DNA of 64,000 bases from Azolla caroliniana (GCA_043228905.1 JBHGNT010000004.1:11036001-11100000); one strand, 5' to 3'; positions 49,604 to 62,489 are shown, numbered from the stretch's first letter. Numbers and translations: made by a program. The notes: generated by a model from the sequence alone, not told the origin.

Positions 49604-52600
49604 TGTTGGGATTACGGTCCCTCCGGATGGGATGGTCGGATGTCCGGGAATCGGGAATGAAGACCCGAATGAGGAGTACCCAGTTCGGACCCGAATGAGG
49701 AGTACCCGTTCCGGATCCGGATGACGAAGACCCCGGCTACGGAGCCGGATGATGAATGTACCCGGAGAGAGATCCGGATGCAGGGACATATTTGTGAATA
49801 TGTTTGCCAAGGGCCCTCGAGGCTATATTTGTAAATAGCCCGGAAGTCATATGTGTATAAATATGACTTAGGGCAAACAGTTTTAGGTTGGTTGTTCATT
49901 TTCTGGTTTTTCCACTTAGAGGGAGCTAAGTGAGCAGCAGAGAGAGAGAGAGCCGAAGAGGTCGTTGCCTCTGTGTATTACCGCCGCTTGTGGCGAAGAC
50001 AGTGAGCTCAAGGTTGTTGCCTTGTAGCTTCACCATTGTACATCTCTGTTTGTAGTGATAGTTGGAGTTTGAGGACTCCCGTGGTTTTTTCCCATTTAGG
50101 GTTTTCCACGTAAAACATCCAGTGTACTCTTCTCTCTATTGTCATCGTGCATTTTGTATTTCCTGTTTTCTGTGAGTTAATCCTATTCCTCGGTTGTGGC
50201 CGAGCATTGTCTTCAACAAAGTGGTATCAGAGCGATGGTAACACAAAAAATGGAAGGCGGCAGCAGCGGGCAGCCGGGGATGATGGTGCTGAATGCGCAG
50301 AACTACGCCGACTGGAAGATAAAGATGGAGGATCTGCTCATTGTTCGGGACCTGTATGAACCGATCGACAGGTCGGAAATACCCAAGGGGGTACTTGAGA
50401 CGGAATGGAGGCTTCTGAACCGGAAAGCCGTTGCAACCATTCGGCAATACGTCGACGTGAGCGTCCTACAACACGTGGCGAACGACACCAACGCATATGA
50501 GATGTGGCGGAAGCTGTCGGGCCTCTACGAGAGGAAGAATGCGCTGAACCGGATCTCCCTGATGAGGAAGATAGTGAACCTCAAGTACCGGGACGGAGAG
50601 AGTATGGTGGAACACGTAAGCACGTTCATGGGATTCGTGAACCAGCTTGCGGCGATCAAGTTCCCGTTGGAGGATGCAATGCAAGCCATCATCCTGATGT
50701 GTACATTGCCGGAAAGCTGGGAGAACTTGGTGGTGACTCTCAGCACCTCCTGCACCGAAGATAACTTGTCCCTACAAACGGTAAAGACAAGTATTTTGAA
50801 CAAAGAAGCGCGTTGGAGAGATAAAGAACCGGCCTCCGACTCGAAGGCGCTGCTTACCGAATCGGAACGGGGAAGACAACGGAACCGGAGTCCGCAAAAA
50901 CGGGAGAAGTCGGGGACCCGGTCGCAGTCAAGAGGAAGGCCCACATGCTTCCACTGTGGGAAGCCGGGGCACTTCCGGAAGAATTGTCGGCATTACCGAA
51001 AAGACAACGGAGCCGACGACACCTATTCGAAGAAGTCACCGGAGCGAAACGGTGCATACCGAGGAGCCACGGACCGGAGAGGTCCGGATCGGCGAGGGCA
51101 GGACCGGAAAGGAACGACGGCACTCGCGGCAAGTGAAGAAGAGATAATGCTCATTACCGAAGAGAGGGAGCTGAACCTTGCCGGTGAAGAGATGACCTGG
51201 GTGGTCGATTCCGGAGCGTCGTTCCACCTGACCCCGGAGAAGAAATACTTCTCATCCTACACAGCCGGTGAGCACGGCTGTGTCCGGATGGGAAATGAAG
51301 GTACATGCCGGATTGCCGGCATAGGAGACGTGTGGCTGATGACATCAACCGGATGCAAGATGCTGCTGAAGGATGTTCGACACGTTCCGGAGGTTCGATT
51401 GAACCTGATTTCGGCCGGGAGGCTAGACGATGAAGGCTACACGGGTAGCATCCGGAACGGTGTCATGAAGTTCAGCAAAGGGAGCCTGATAGTGGCTCGG
51501 GCCCGGAAGGTCAACACACTGTACCTGATGAATTCCCGGCTATGTCCGGAGGAGCTGAACGTGGCAGCTGACACTGCCGGTGAGCTGTGGCACAAGAGAC
51601 TGTGCCACATGAGCGAGAAGGGGATGAAGAGGCTTGCAGAAGACAACCTTATTCCAGTGAAGTATGTGCATCTGGAGAAGTGCACCGATTGCCTGGCCGG
51701 TAAGCAGAACCGAGCCTCCTTCCACTCAAGGCCACCGACGAGACGTAGCACACCATTGGAGTTGGTGCACACTGACGTGTGTCAAGTAGAAACGAAGTCA
51801 CATGGCGGAGGCCAGTACTTCGTGACATTCATTGATGACCACAGTCGGAAGCTGTGGACGGCACCGTTGAAGACAAAGGACCAAGTGTTGTGCGTCTTCA
51901 AAGAATTCCACGCGAGAGTGGAAAGGGAATCCGGCAAGAAGCTGAAAGCGATACGAGCGGATAACGGAGGGGAATACCGGGGGCAGTTCGTGGAGTACTG
52001 TCGCTCGAAGGGAATCCGGCTCGAGTTTACTGTGCCGAAGACGCCGGAACTGAACGGGCTGGCCGAGAGGATGAACCGGACCATAATGGAGAGGGTCCGG
52101 AGTATGCTGGCGCATGCGAAATTACCCAAGGAGTTTTGGGCTGAGGCAATGTCGACGGCGACATACGTGATAAACAGATCACCCTCAGTACCTTTGGACG
52201 GAGACACGCCGCAGAGAGTGTGGACCGGTAGGGAAGTATCCTACCGGCATCTGAAGGTGTTCGGGTGTCTCGCATATGTGCATGTGGCAAAGGACCGGAG
52301 AGGAAAGCTAGATCCAAAGACCCGGCCATGCATATTCCTCGGTTACGGCGACGACGAGTTCGGCTACCGAGTATGGGACCCGGTCGACAAGAAGATATTC
52401 AGGAGTCGTGATATCATCTTCATGGAGGACAAGACACTCGCCGACTGGGAGTCGGAGAAGAAGATGAAGAGCTCCAAGTCGACCGGTGAGAATCAACTCT
52501 ACGAAGAGCAGTCCCGACCGGCAAGGGACCGGTTAGCACTCGAGGATCCGGCCGAAGACGGTGAAGAAACAGAACCGGCCGAGGAAGATGAAACTGATAC

Positions 52601-54945
52601 CGGAACCGGCCCCGATCCCGAAATGGATTCGGATGAAGAGGAAACGGAGGAGCCGGTTACCGAAGCTCCGGAACGGAGATATCCTCTAAGAGAGAGAAGG
52701 GCCCCCCGGAGATTTCCGGAAGCAAAGCACGTGCTGCTAACCGACGAGGGGGAGCCGGAGAGTTTTGAAGAAGCAAAGCTTGACACCCATAGCCGCAGGT
52801 GGTTAAGTGCCATGCAGGAGGAGATGGATTCCCTGCATGAGAACCACACATATGAACTTGTGGAGTTGCCGAAAGGAAAGCGGGCACTTCGGAACAAGTG
52901 GGTGTTCAAGCTGAAACCGGGAGATGCCGGAAACCCCCCGAGATACAAAGCCAGGATCGTGGTGAAGGGGTTCCAGCAGAAGAAGGGCGTCGACTTCGAC
53001 GAAATATTTGCCTCGGTAGTGAAGATGACCTCCATCCGGACGGTGCTGAGCATAGCGGCAAGCATGGACCTCGAGGTAGAACAGATGGACGTGAAGACGG
53101 CATTCCTTCACGGTGACCTCGAAGAAGAGATCTACATGCAGCAACCGGAAGGATTCGAGAAGAAAGGGAAGGAGCACCTGGTATGCCGGTTGAAGAAGAG
53201 CCTTTACGGACTGAAGCAGGCTCCCCGGCAATGGTACCGGAAGTTCGACTCTTTCATGACTGACGAAGGGTACCACAAAACGCAGTCCGATCACTGCGTG
53301 TTTGTGAAGAAGTGCGAAGGAGGAGACTTTCTAATACTCCTATACGTGGACGACATGTTGATCGTCGGACGGGACCAGGTCAAGATACGGACGCTGAAGA
53401 AAGCGCTTCACCGAACCTTCTCAATGAAGGACCTGGGTCCGGCGAGGCAAATACTAGGGATGCACATCATCCGGGACCGGAAGAAGAAGCAGTTGTGGCT
53501 GTCACAGGAGAAGTACGTGACAAAGGTGCTTCACCGGTTCAACATGTCGGAAGCAAGACCGGTCGGGTCACCCCTCCCGGCAAACTACAAGTTGTCCAGC
53601 AAGCAAAGCCCCAAGACAAAGGCTGAGAAGGAGGACATGATGAAAGTACCATATGCCTCTGCCGTCGGAAGCTTGATGTATGCGATGGTGTGTACAAGAC
53701 CGGACATAGGATATGTAGTCGGAGTGGTGAGCCGGTACATGAGCAATCCCGGCAAAGAGCACTGGAACGCGGCCAAGTGGATACTCCGATACCTGAAGGG
53801 CACGGCAAACGTATGCCTCCGATTCGGCTCCGGTAAGCCCGAACTCGACTTCTTTACCGATTCGGATATGTCGGCTGATGCAGATACCAGCCGGTCCACA
53901 TCAGGGTATGTGATGACGTATGCAGGTGGAGCTATTTCGTGGCAGTCGAGGCTGCAGAAGACGGTTGCGTTGTCAACCACGGAGGCGGAGTACATGGCGG
54001 CTGTTGAAGCCGGCAAGGAAATAATATGGATGAAGGACTTCATTAGAGAGCTCGGTATCCGGCAGGAGGAGTACCGGCTCTACTGCGATAGTCAGAGTGC
54101 CATCCACCTTGCGAAGAACGCAGCCTACCATTCCCGGACGAAACACATCCAGCGTAGATACCACTGGATCCGGGAAAGGATAGAAGACAAGGAGTTCGTG
54201 CTGACGAAGATCCACACGGACGAGAACGGGTCAGATATGCTGACCAAAGTGCTCACACCCGACAAGCTGGAAGCGTGCCGGAAGAGGGTCGGACTGGAAA
54301 GACATCCCATGCCGAAGTGAAGGGGGAGTTTGTTGGGATTACGGTCCCTCCGGATGGGATGGTCGGATGTCCGGGAATCGGGAATGAAGACCCGAATGAG
54401 GAGTACCCGGTTCGGACCCGAATGAGGAGTACCCGTTCCGGATCCGGATGACGAAGACCCCGGCTACGGAGCCGGATGATGAATGTACCCGGAGAGAGAT
54501 CCGGATGCAGGGACATATTTGTGAATATGTTTGCCAAGGGCCCTCGAGGCTATATTTGTAAATAGCCCGGAAGTCATATGTGTATAAATATGACTTAGGG
54601 CAAACAGTTTTAGGTTGGTTGTTCATTTTCTGGTTTTTCCACTTAGAGGGAGCTAAGTGAGCAGCAGAGAGAGAGAGAGCCGAAGAGGTCGTTGCCTCTG
54701 TGTATTACCGCCGCCTGTGGCGAAGACAGTGAGCTCAAGGTTGTTGCCTTGTAGCTTCACCATTGTACATCTCTGTTTGTAGTGATAGTTGGAGTTTGAG
54801 GACTCCCGTGGTTTTTTCCCATTTAGGGTTTTCCACGTAAAACATCCAGTGTACTCTTCTCTCTATTGTCATCGTGCATTTTGTATTTCCTGTTTTCTGT
54901 GAGTTAATCCTATTCCTCGGTTGTGGCCGAGCATTGTCTTCAACA
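49604..54945 (+). mobile_element. Intact young Ty1/copia (Tork/Tnt1-like) LTR retrotransposon
   Basis: 615-bp LTRs 49604-50218 and 54331-54945 with 2 substitutions seen; TSD CCGGA; Met PBS TGGTATCAGAGC 50222-50233; PPT gaagggggag. Confidence 0.97.
50235..54320 (+). CDS. Copia gag-pol polyprotein, uninterrupted
   Basis: First ATG after the PBS in ORF 50196-54320; CCHC, DSGAS protease, HHCC and DDE integrase, YVDD RT, RNase H. Confidence 0.96.
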   Translation: MVTQKMEGGSSGQPGMMVLNAQNYADWKIKMEDLLIVRDLYEPIDRSEIPKGVLETEWRLLNRKAVATIRQYVDVSVLQHVANDTNAYEMWRKLSGLYERKNALNRISLMRKIVNLKYRDGESMVEHVSTFMGFVNQLAAIKFPLEDAMQAIILMCTLPESWENLVVTLSTSCTEDNLSLQTVKTSILNKEARWRDKEPASDSKALLTESERGRQRNRSPQKREKSGTRSQSRGRPTCFHCGKPGHFRKNCRHYRKDNGADDTYSKKSPERNGAYRGATDRRGPDRRGQDRKGTTALAASEEEIMLITEERELNLAGEEMTWVVDSGASFHLTPEKKYFSSYTAGEHGCVRMGNEGTCRIAGIGDVWLMTSTGCKMLLKDVRHVPEVRLNLISAGRLDDEGYTGSIRNGVMKFSKGSLIVARARKVNTLYLMNSRLCPEELNVAADTAGELWHKRLCHMSEKGMKRLAEDNLIPVKYVHLEKCTDCLAGKQNRASFHSRPPTRRSTPLELVHTDVCQVETKSHGGGQYFVTFIDDHSRKLWTAPLKTKDQVLCVFKEFHARVERESGKKLKAIRADNGGEYRGQFVEYCRSKGIRLEFTVPKTPELNGLAERMNRTIMERVRSMLAHAKLPKEFWAEAMSTATYVINRSPSVPLDGDTPQRVWTGREVSYRHLKVFGCLAYVHVAKDRRGKLDPKTRPCIFLGYGDDEFGYRVWDPVDKKIFRSRDIIFMEDKTLADWESEKKMKSSKSTGENQLYEEQSRPARDRLALEDPAEDGEETEPAEEDETDTGTGPDPEMDSDEEETEEPVTEAPERRYPLRERRAPRRFPEAKHVLLTDEGEPESFEEAKLDTHSRRWLSAMQEEMDSLHENHTYELVELPKGKRALRNKWVFKLKPGDAGNPPRYKARIVVKGFQQKKGVDFDEIFASVVKMTSIRTVLSIAASMDLEVEQMDVKTAFLHGDLEEEIYMQQPEGFEKKGKEHLVCRLKKSLYGLKQAPRQWYRKFDSFMTDEGYHKTQSDHCVFVKKCEGGDFLILLYVDDMLIVGRDQVKIRTLKKALHRTFSMKDLGPARQILGMHIIRDRKKKQLWLSQEKYVTKVLHRFNMSEARPVGSPLPANYKLSSKQSPKTKAEKEDMMKVPYASAVGSLMYAMVCTRPDIGYVVGVVSRYMSNPGKEHWNAAKWILRYLKGTANVCLRFGSGKPELDFFTDSDMSADADTSRSTSGYVMTYAGGAISWQSRLQKTVALSTTEAEYMAAVEAGKEIIWMKDFIRELGIRQEEYRLYCDSQSAIHLAKNAAYHSRTKHIQRRYHWIRERIEDKEFVLTKIHTDENGSDMLTKVLTPDKLEACRKRVGLERHPMPK

Positions 54946-57684
54946 CCGGACCATAATGGAGAGAGTCCAGAGCATGCTCGCACATGCCAAGTTACCCAAG
55001 ATGTTTTGGGTTGAGGCGCTAACGATGGCGACCTATGTGATAAATAGATCACCCTCGGTATCCTTGGGAGGAGACTCACCTCAGAAAGTATGGACCGGCA
55101 AAGATGTATCTTACCGGCATCTGAAGGTGTTCGGGTGTCTCGCATACGTGCATGTGGCGAAGGACAAGAGAGCAAAGCTGGATCCAAAGTCCCGACCATG
55201 CATATTCCTTGGATACGACGACGATAAGTTCAGTTACCGGGTGTGGGATCTGGTCAACAAGAAGGTGTTCCGGAGTCGAGACATAGTCTTCATGGAAGAC
55301 AGGACCATTGCCGACTAGGAGTCGGAGAAGAGATGATGAACTCCGGATCATCCAATGAAAACCAGCTTGAGGACACAAGGATATACCTGGTTGAAAACCG
55401 GATGTTAGCCGGTAACTGGATGACACTCGAGGAGCCGGCCAGATACGAACAAGAAACCGAACCGACCAAAGAAGAAGAAGACGAAGAAGAAGACACCGGA
55501 ACCGGACAAGATCCCGAATCGGATGAGGATGAGAAACAAACGGAGGAACCGGCAGTCAAAAACCAAGGACGAAGATATCCTCTCAGAGAGAGAAGAGCCC
55601 CCCGGAGATTTCCGGATGTAGAGCACGTGTTGCTAACCGATGAGGGGGAGCTAGAAAGCTTCGAAGAAGCAAAGAAAGACACCCACAGCCGCAAGTGGTT
55701 GAGTGCTATGCAGGATGAGATAGATTCCCTGCATGAGAACCACAAGTATGAACTGACGAAGTTGCCGAAAGGAAAGAGGGCACTCCGGAACTAATGGGTG
55801 TACAAGCTAAAATCGGGAGATGCCGGAAACCCACCGAGATACAAAGCCCAGATCGTGGTGAAGGGGTTCCTACAGAAGAAAGGAGTGGATTTCGATGAGA
55901 TCTTTGCCCCAGTAGTAAAGATGACATCCATCCAGATGGTATTGGGCATAGCGGCAAGCATGGACCTCGAGGTAGAGCAACTGGACGTCAAGACGGCATT
56001 CCTACATGACGACCTCGAAGAAGAGATCTACATGCATCAACCAGAAGGATTTGAGAAGAAAGGTAAGGAGCACCTAGTGTGTCGGATGAGGAAGATCATA
56101 TACGGACTGAAGCAAACTTCCCGGCAATGGTACCGGAAGTTTGACTCCTTCATGACCAACCAAGGGTACCACAATACTCATGTCGATCATTGCGTGTTTG
56201 TGAAGAAATTTGATGGAGGAGATTTCTTGATACTCCTCCTATATGTGGATGATATGTTGATCGTCGAACGAGACCAAGGCAAGATTCGGATGCTGAAGAA
56301 AGCTCTGAACTGGACCTTCTCAATGAAAGACTTGGGGCCGGAAAGACAAATATTGGGAATGTACATCATCCGGGACCGGTCAAAGAAGCTATTGTGGTTG
56401 TCACAAGAGAAGTACGTGACAAAGGTGCTTCAATGGTTCAACATGTCAGAGGCAAAACCGGTCTGATCGACACTTCCGGCAAACTGCAAGCTGTCTGGAA
56501 AACAAAGCCTGAGGACAAAGGCAAAGAAGACGGATATGATGAAGATTCCATATGCCTTTGCCGTCGGAAGCTTGATGTACGCGATGGTATGTACCCGGTC
56601 GGATATCGAATATGCAAACTGAGTGGTGAGCCGGTTCATGAGCAATCCCGGAAGAGAGCATTGGAACGCGGTCAAGTGGATACTCCGGTATCTGAAACGC
56701 GCCTCGAGTATGTGCCTCCGGTAATCCCCAACTTGACGGATTCATGGATTCACAGATTCGGATATGTCGGCGGATGCGGATACCAGCCAGTCTACGTCCG
56801 GATATGTCATGACTTATGCAGGGGGAGTTGTTTCGTGGCAATCAAGGCTGCAGAAGACAGTTGCGTTGTCAACCACGGAGGCGGAATACATGGCAACTGT
56901 AGAAGCCGGCAAGGAGATAATTTGGATGAAGGACTTCATCGGAGAGCTAGGGATCCAACAGAAGGAATATCGGCTCTACTACAACAGTCAAAGTGACATC
57001 CACCTTGCAAAGAACGTGGCCTACCATTCTCGGACGAAACATATCCAGCGGAGGTACCACTGGATCCGGGAGAGAGTAGAAGATCAAGAGTTCGTGCTGA
57101 CGAAGATCCGCACGGAGGAGAACGGGTCAGATATGTTGACCAAGGTGTTGACAACCGACAAGCTGGATGTGTGCCGAAAGCGGATCGGGATAATGAGACA
57201 TCCCATGTCGGAGTGAAGGGGGAGATTGTTGGGAAATCGGTCCCTCCAGATGGGATCCAGTGATGAATGAAGAGGACCCAGTGAGAACCGGAAGAGATTC
57301 GGAAACCGGATCGGATGGACCCTATGAGAACAGGAAGAGAGGACATATTTGTAAATATGTTTTGAGTAAGCCTATTGAGGCTATATCTGTAAATAGCCCT
57401 AAGTTCATATAAGTATAAATATGACTTAGGGCAATCACTTAGTATAGGATGTATAGTGTTGTTGTCATACTGTTGAAACTATTGTACAGAGAGCGACAGA
57501 GAGAGAGTGTGTGAGATACAAAGCGATACTCTGTTGTAACCGCCGATTGGTGAAGATATAGAGCTCGAGGTTGTTGCCTCTGAGGCTCTGAATGTACCTT
57601 TCTCATATAGTGATGGTTTGGAGTCTGTGGGCTCCCGTGGTTTTACCCTATTAGGGTTTTCCATGTAAACATCCTGTGTGTTTC

Positions 57685-58168
57685 TGTCATGACAACACTC
57701 ACATTTTGTCTCGTGAACCCACAACCTTGTTATACGCATGTCAAATCCTTAACCATTGTAATAACAAGTTTATGCATATTGTTTTTAGAATATATAATCT
57801 AATATCATAAGGATATTCTGAATTACTTTATATTCTAGAATGTCCTAGAGTATTCTAGAGTGTTCTATACGCTAGAACCTTCTAGAATACTCTATAAACC
57901 TTCTAGATTACTAGATTACCCCAGAATATTCTAGAGTGTTCTAGATTACTCTATAGAGAGTTATAAATAAGGAGCTATCAACCATCCAAGAACCAAATTG
58001 GTTCAACGCCATCCTACAGCTCCTTATTGCCTATTCTGTGTACTCCATCTTATATCGCAATACAATATTTTCTTTTCAATTCTCTCTTTCTGCCTCATCA
58101 ATATATCTCTTTCCCTTTTTTCTCTCTTTTTCTTCTCTTTTTCTTCTCTTTTTCTCTATGTCTTGACA
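57685..58168 (+). repeat. Chromovirus-type solo LTR inside the C1 3' LTR
   Basis: TGTCA..TGACA; flanks GTTTC/ATTTC; tctaga-rich like LTR 23957-24404. Confidence 0.85.
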
Positions 58169-58270
58169 ATTTCCTTGTGTACTCTCCATTTCCCATTTCT
58201 GTGTTTCATTCTCATAGAAGTGATTCAAGACTCGGTTGTGGCCGAGCAATATTCCGTGCTATTCTCTTCA

Positions 58271-59903
58271 TTTCCAACAGAAAAAGGGCGTCGACTTTGA
58301 CGAAATATTTGCTCCAGTCGTGAAGATGACATCCATTAGAACTGTTCTGAGCATTGTTGCCAGCATGGATCTGGAGATCGAACAGGTGGATGTCAAGACA
58401 ACATTCTTGCACGGGGAGCTGAATGAAGAGATTTACATGTAGCAACCCGAAGGTTTTGAGGAGGAAGGGAAAGAGAACCTGGTGTGTCAACTGAAGAAAC
58501 GCTTGTATGGGTTGAAACAAGCTCCACACCAATGGTACAAGAAGTTTGAATCCTTCATGGTGGAACATAGGTTCTAGAAACACGGGTTGATCATTGTGTG
58601 TTTGTCAAAAGATACGACTAAGGTGACTTCTTGATTCTCTTGTTACATGTAGATGACATGTTGATAGTCGGTCAAGATACAAGGAAGATCGGAAGCTTGA
58701 AGAAAGCTCTAGGCAAATCGTTTGACATGAAAGATCTTGGACCGGCTAGACCAATCTTAGGGATGCACATAGTTCGAGATAAAACTAAGAAAGTGTTGTG
58801 GTTGTCACAAGAGAAATACGTGACTAAGATCCTAGAAAGATTCAACATATCTGAAGCAAAACCGGTCGACTCTGTGTTGCCGACTAACTACAAGTTAAAT
58901 GCAAAGCAATGCCCGAGAGAGGAGAAAGAAAGGCTGAGATGGGGAAAGTACCATATGCATCAGCCGTCGACAATCTAATGTACGCTATGGTCTGCACAAG
59001 ACTAGCCATAGCATTTGCTATGGGAGCAATAAGCCGATACATGAGTAATCCAGGACGAGAATACTCGGCAACGACGAAATGGATACTCGGGTACTTAAAA
59101 GGCACCTCGGGTGTTTGTCTTAAGTATGGTGTCGGAAAACCCATGCTCGAAGGGTTTACTGACACGGACATGTCGGGGGATGTGGACTCAAGCCGATCCA
59201 CATCAAGGTATGTGATGACCTATGCAGGGGGTGCAATGTCGTGGCAGTCACGACTGCAGAAATCAGTGACCTTGTCAACCACAAAGGCAGAGTACATGGC
59301 AACGATAGAGGCCGGCAAGGAGTTGATTTGGATGAGAAACTTTCTCAGTGAGTTGGGGATTAAGCAAAAGGATTTCTTGCTTCACTGTGACAACTAGAGT
59401 GCCATACATCTGGCCAAGAATGTTGCATACCACTCCCAGACCAAGCACATACAGAGAAGGTATCACTGGCTACGGGAGAAAGTCAAAGAAGGAGAGCTTA
59501 CTCTTGTGAAGATCAATACTGACAACAATGGATCTGACATGCTGACAAAGAACCTATCGATGGACCGACTTAGAGTCTATCGACAGAGGACAAGAATAAC
59601 GGACTCCTCCCCACTGGAGTGAAGGGGGAGTTTGTTAGGAATATGTCCCTCCAGTGGGAGGAGCCGACTGCTTGGAGAGAGCCAATAGTTGAGGAGTCAA
59701 CTCAAAGAGAGAGTTGATCGAGGTCGAAGACACGACCGGCTAGTTGGGCCAACCAGATGGTCGATGACCAGGTCGACTAGTCGAACCGACCCAACAGTCG
59801 GCTGATTAGTAAGACTATTATTATTATTATTGGATAATAATAATGGATAAGACTATAAATCGCCCATTCTGTGTATTAGTATAAATACACCTAGGGCAAA
59901 CAG

Positions 59904-59945
<42 letters not shown>

Positions 59946-60261
59946 AGTGTATGATCCTCTATTGTAGAAAAACGATAGAGAAGAGTGAGAACGAAAAGAG
60001 AGACTAAGAGAGCGACACCATAGTTGTGTTCTATAACAGCATACGCCAAAAGCCCCATGCGGCTGATACAATCGGTGTAGTGAGTGTTGTACTCTAATCT
60101 CGTCATTGTATATCCATTGTATAGTGAAGCTCCGTTCTCTGTGGTTTTCTCCCACTTTAGGGTTTCCATGTAAAATCTGTGTACATTGTTTTCATTCTGT
60201 GTTTCCTAACTGTGTATGATAGTGCATTCCTTCTTGTGGATCGACGATTCGTTTCTCTACA
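58271..60261 (+). mobile_element. 3' part of copia C0 (RT, RNase H, PPT, 3' LTR from 59633)
   Basis: QQKKGVDFDEIFAP, LHVDD, RNase H ORFs with stops; gaagggggag then TGTTAGG; LTR end approximate. Confidence 0.85.
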
Positions 60262-61787
60262 ATATGCACTAGAATCTACAACCCAAGTGCACTCATCAGT
60301 GGCAAGGTCCACTCATGCCTATTCACTAATAAACAACAACTCTTCCTCACTAGTTGCAATGATTGAAGTGTTTCTCTCCTCTGAAATTTTCTTCTACTCA
60401 ATACTATCAACATTTCCTTTGTCTCTCTTAAATTTTCGATAGTTCTTTTGGAAATGTCTCAGTTTCACACAATAGAAACATATGAGTTTTCCCCTAGACT
60501 TCGACCTCACTTTGTACTTATCCCAGTTCTAAGAACCCCTTTGCTTACTCTTTCTTTTATTGGGATCTTGTGCCACATTTTCTTCTAATTGAGATGAGGC
60601 ACCCATTTCTTTTCTTCTCATCTCCTCATTCAAAGACTAGTCTTTACAGCCTCTAAGGACAACTTGTCCTCTTGATAAGAGTTTTCTTAGTAACATTGTT
60701 AGGTTTTCCCAACTGTTTGGTAGGGAAGAAAGTAGCAACAAGTTTTGTAGCTCATCATATAAAGGCATCTTGGTTGGGGTTAGTTGATTCACTAAACCCA
60801 TGAATGTACTTGTGTGCACAACAATCCTTTCACCATTAGAGTACTTCAGCCTCGCCAGTTTTCTCATTATACTCTCATACATGCCGGCAAGCTTATGCCA
60901 TAACTCATAGGCATTTGTGTCATTTGCCACATGTTGGAGTATACTCACATCTACAAATTGTCTTATGATTGCTACAACCTTTTTATGAATGATTTTCCAC
61001 TCAAATTCAACTACCCAGTCGGTACTTGCTTCCTATCGATCGACTCATACAAATCCCTCATTATCAAGAGATCCTCCATCTTGATTTTCCAATCAGAATA
61101 GTTATTGGAGTCCAATATAATCATTCCTTGAAGGCTACTCATCTTCCCCTCCATCTAAACCTGTGGCTCTGATACCAGTTTGATGTGTTTTGGATCGAAA
61201 CAACAAACAGACTAATGAAAAAAAAACACAACACAGAGACACAAGATTTTTAACATGGAAAACCCTAACTCGGGAAAAACCACGGGACCCTTAGGGTACC
61301 AAAGAACTTCCACTATATGTCAGTATACAAGTGGGTACATCCTCTCTATGGATCTAAATCGAGGATTACCTGAGTATCAAGGCAACAGCCTTGATAATCG
61401 TCTTCACTCAAACAAGATGGGTGGAACACCAGAGATAGGGAAACACATAAAGAATGGAACAATAGAACCTGATTTAGTGTTCGTCAGATCATCGGCTAGG
61501 AGAGAGACTTGCTTTGGTGCCACTACACATGCAGAGTCTTCCCGCGGTGCTCTCCCTTACGTTCTCTGTTCACAACTCACACACACTTCTTTGTTTGCAA
61601 TTCTATATATCTAACAAAACCCTAAACCCTAAACCCTATGTGTGTGAGAGAACCAAGTTAGGGTTTAAGTTTAACTTAAACCCTAACTTGGTTCTCTCTC
61701 TCTCACACACACACACACACATACATTTCGGTCTTTAGCCGACCCATGAGGAGGGAAAACACTTAGCCTGCTCTCAACCGACTTACA
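60262..61787 (-). mobile_element. 5' part of another copia (5' LTR ~61181-61787, Met PBS, gag, protease start)
   Basis: tgatacca 61170-61177; LQHVANDTNAYELW; CFYC; ECTWVVDS. Confidence 0.82.
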
Positions 61788-61799
61788 ACTCTTACTTCT

Positions 61800-62160
61800 C
61801 CCATGAGAAGGGACACAACACAACAAAGACAGTGGTGGCCATTATAGACCACATGTCAAAGATTAACTTCATGTCGATGGATTTGTACAAGAAGGGAGAT
61901 GGCCTATCAACACAAGCCATGGATGGAAGATTCGTTCGATGAAGAAGGTGACAAAAGATCTTTATGGAGCGTGCCCCAACATTCAAGTCACAATTGGGGA
62001 TGTAGAGATGGAGCAACACTTCTTTGTGCAAGATTCAGCTTCTCGTTATGTGATCATTGGGCAACCCTACATAATGTCATCAAGGATGGAGACTAAGGTG
62101 TTCGAGAGTGGAGCAACGTTCTCACTTGAGTGAAGAGTCTTAACAGTGCGAGCTAATCAT
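61800..62160 (+). pseudogene. Gypsy aspartic-protease region fragment
   Basis: LYGACPNIQVTIGDVEMEQHFFVQDSASRYVIIGQPY resembles a retropepsin C-terminal ILG-P motif. Confidence 0.6.
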
Positions 62161-62383
62161 GAGCGGAACTGAGATGGGCTCATTATTAATGTAGGATTAC
62201 TCCTTAGTTGTTCTGTTGGGTGTGCTGCTTCGCCAAGAGCTATGAAAGCGGTTGGTGGCACCTTAAAACTGGAGCCGGCATAACACTCGGAGATGAGGTC
62301 TCGGATTTTTTAAGTCTACTACGCGCGCGCGCGTGTGTGTTTTCATATTTCGAAATCTACTTCCTGAGAAGAACCCAAAATAT

Positions 62384-62384
<1 letters not shown>

Positions 62385-62439
<55 letters not shown>

Positions 62440-62489
62440 GCAGCCTGCAGGCAGAGAAACAGAGGCAGAGAGAGAGAGAGAGAGAGAGA
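62385..62489 (+). repeat. (CA)n and (GA)n microsatellites upstream of LpxK
   Basis: Direct reading. Confidence 0.95.

Larger units (their letters stand above)
48391..58270 (+). mobile_element. 3' part of degenerate copia C1 (gag C-term to RNase H, PPT, 3' LTR), hosting the young copia and a solo LTR
   Basis: ORFs 48351-49698 and 54923-57216; 3' LTR 57227-58270 followed by TTTCC. Confidence 0.9.

Noticed and set aside
61617-61690. Telomere-like AAACCCT repeats (also ~41878)
   Set aside because: Only 2-3 units inside LTRs; telo-box-like motifs, not an interstitial telomere.
62224-62251. Minus-strand GCTTTCATAGCTC match to the tRNA-Thr 5' end
   Set aside because: Only ~13 nt match with no cloverleaf; may be chance.
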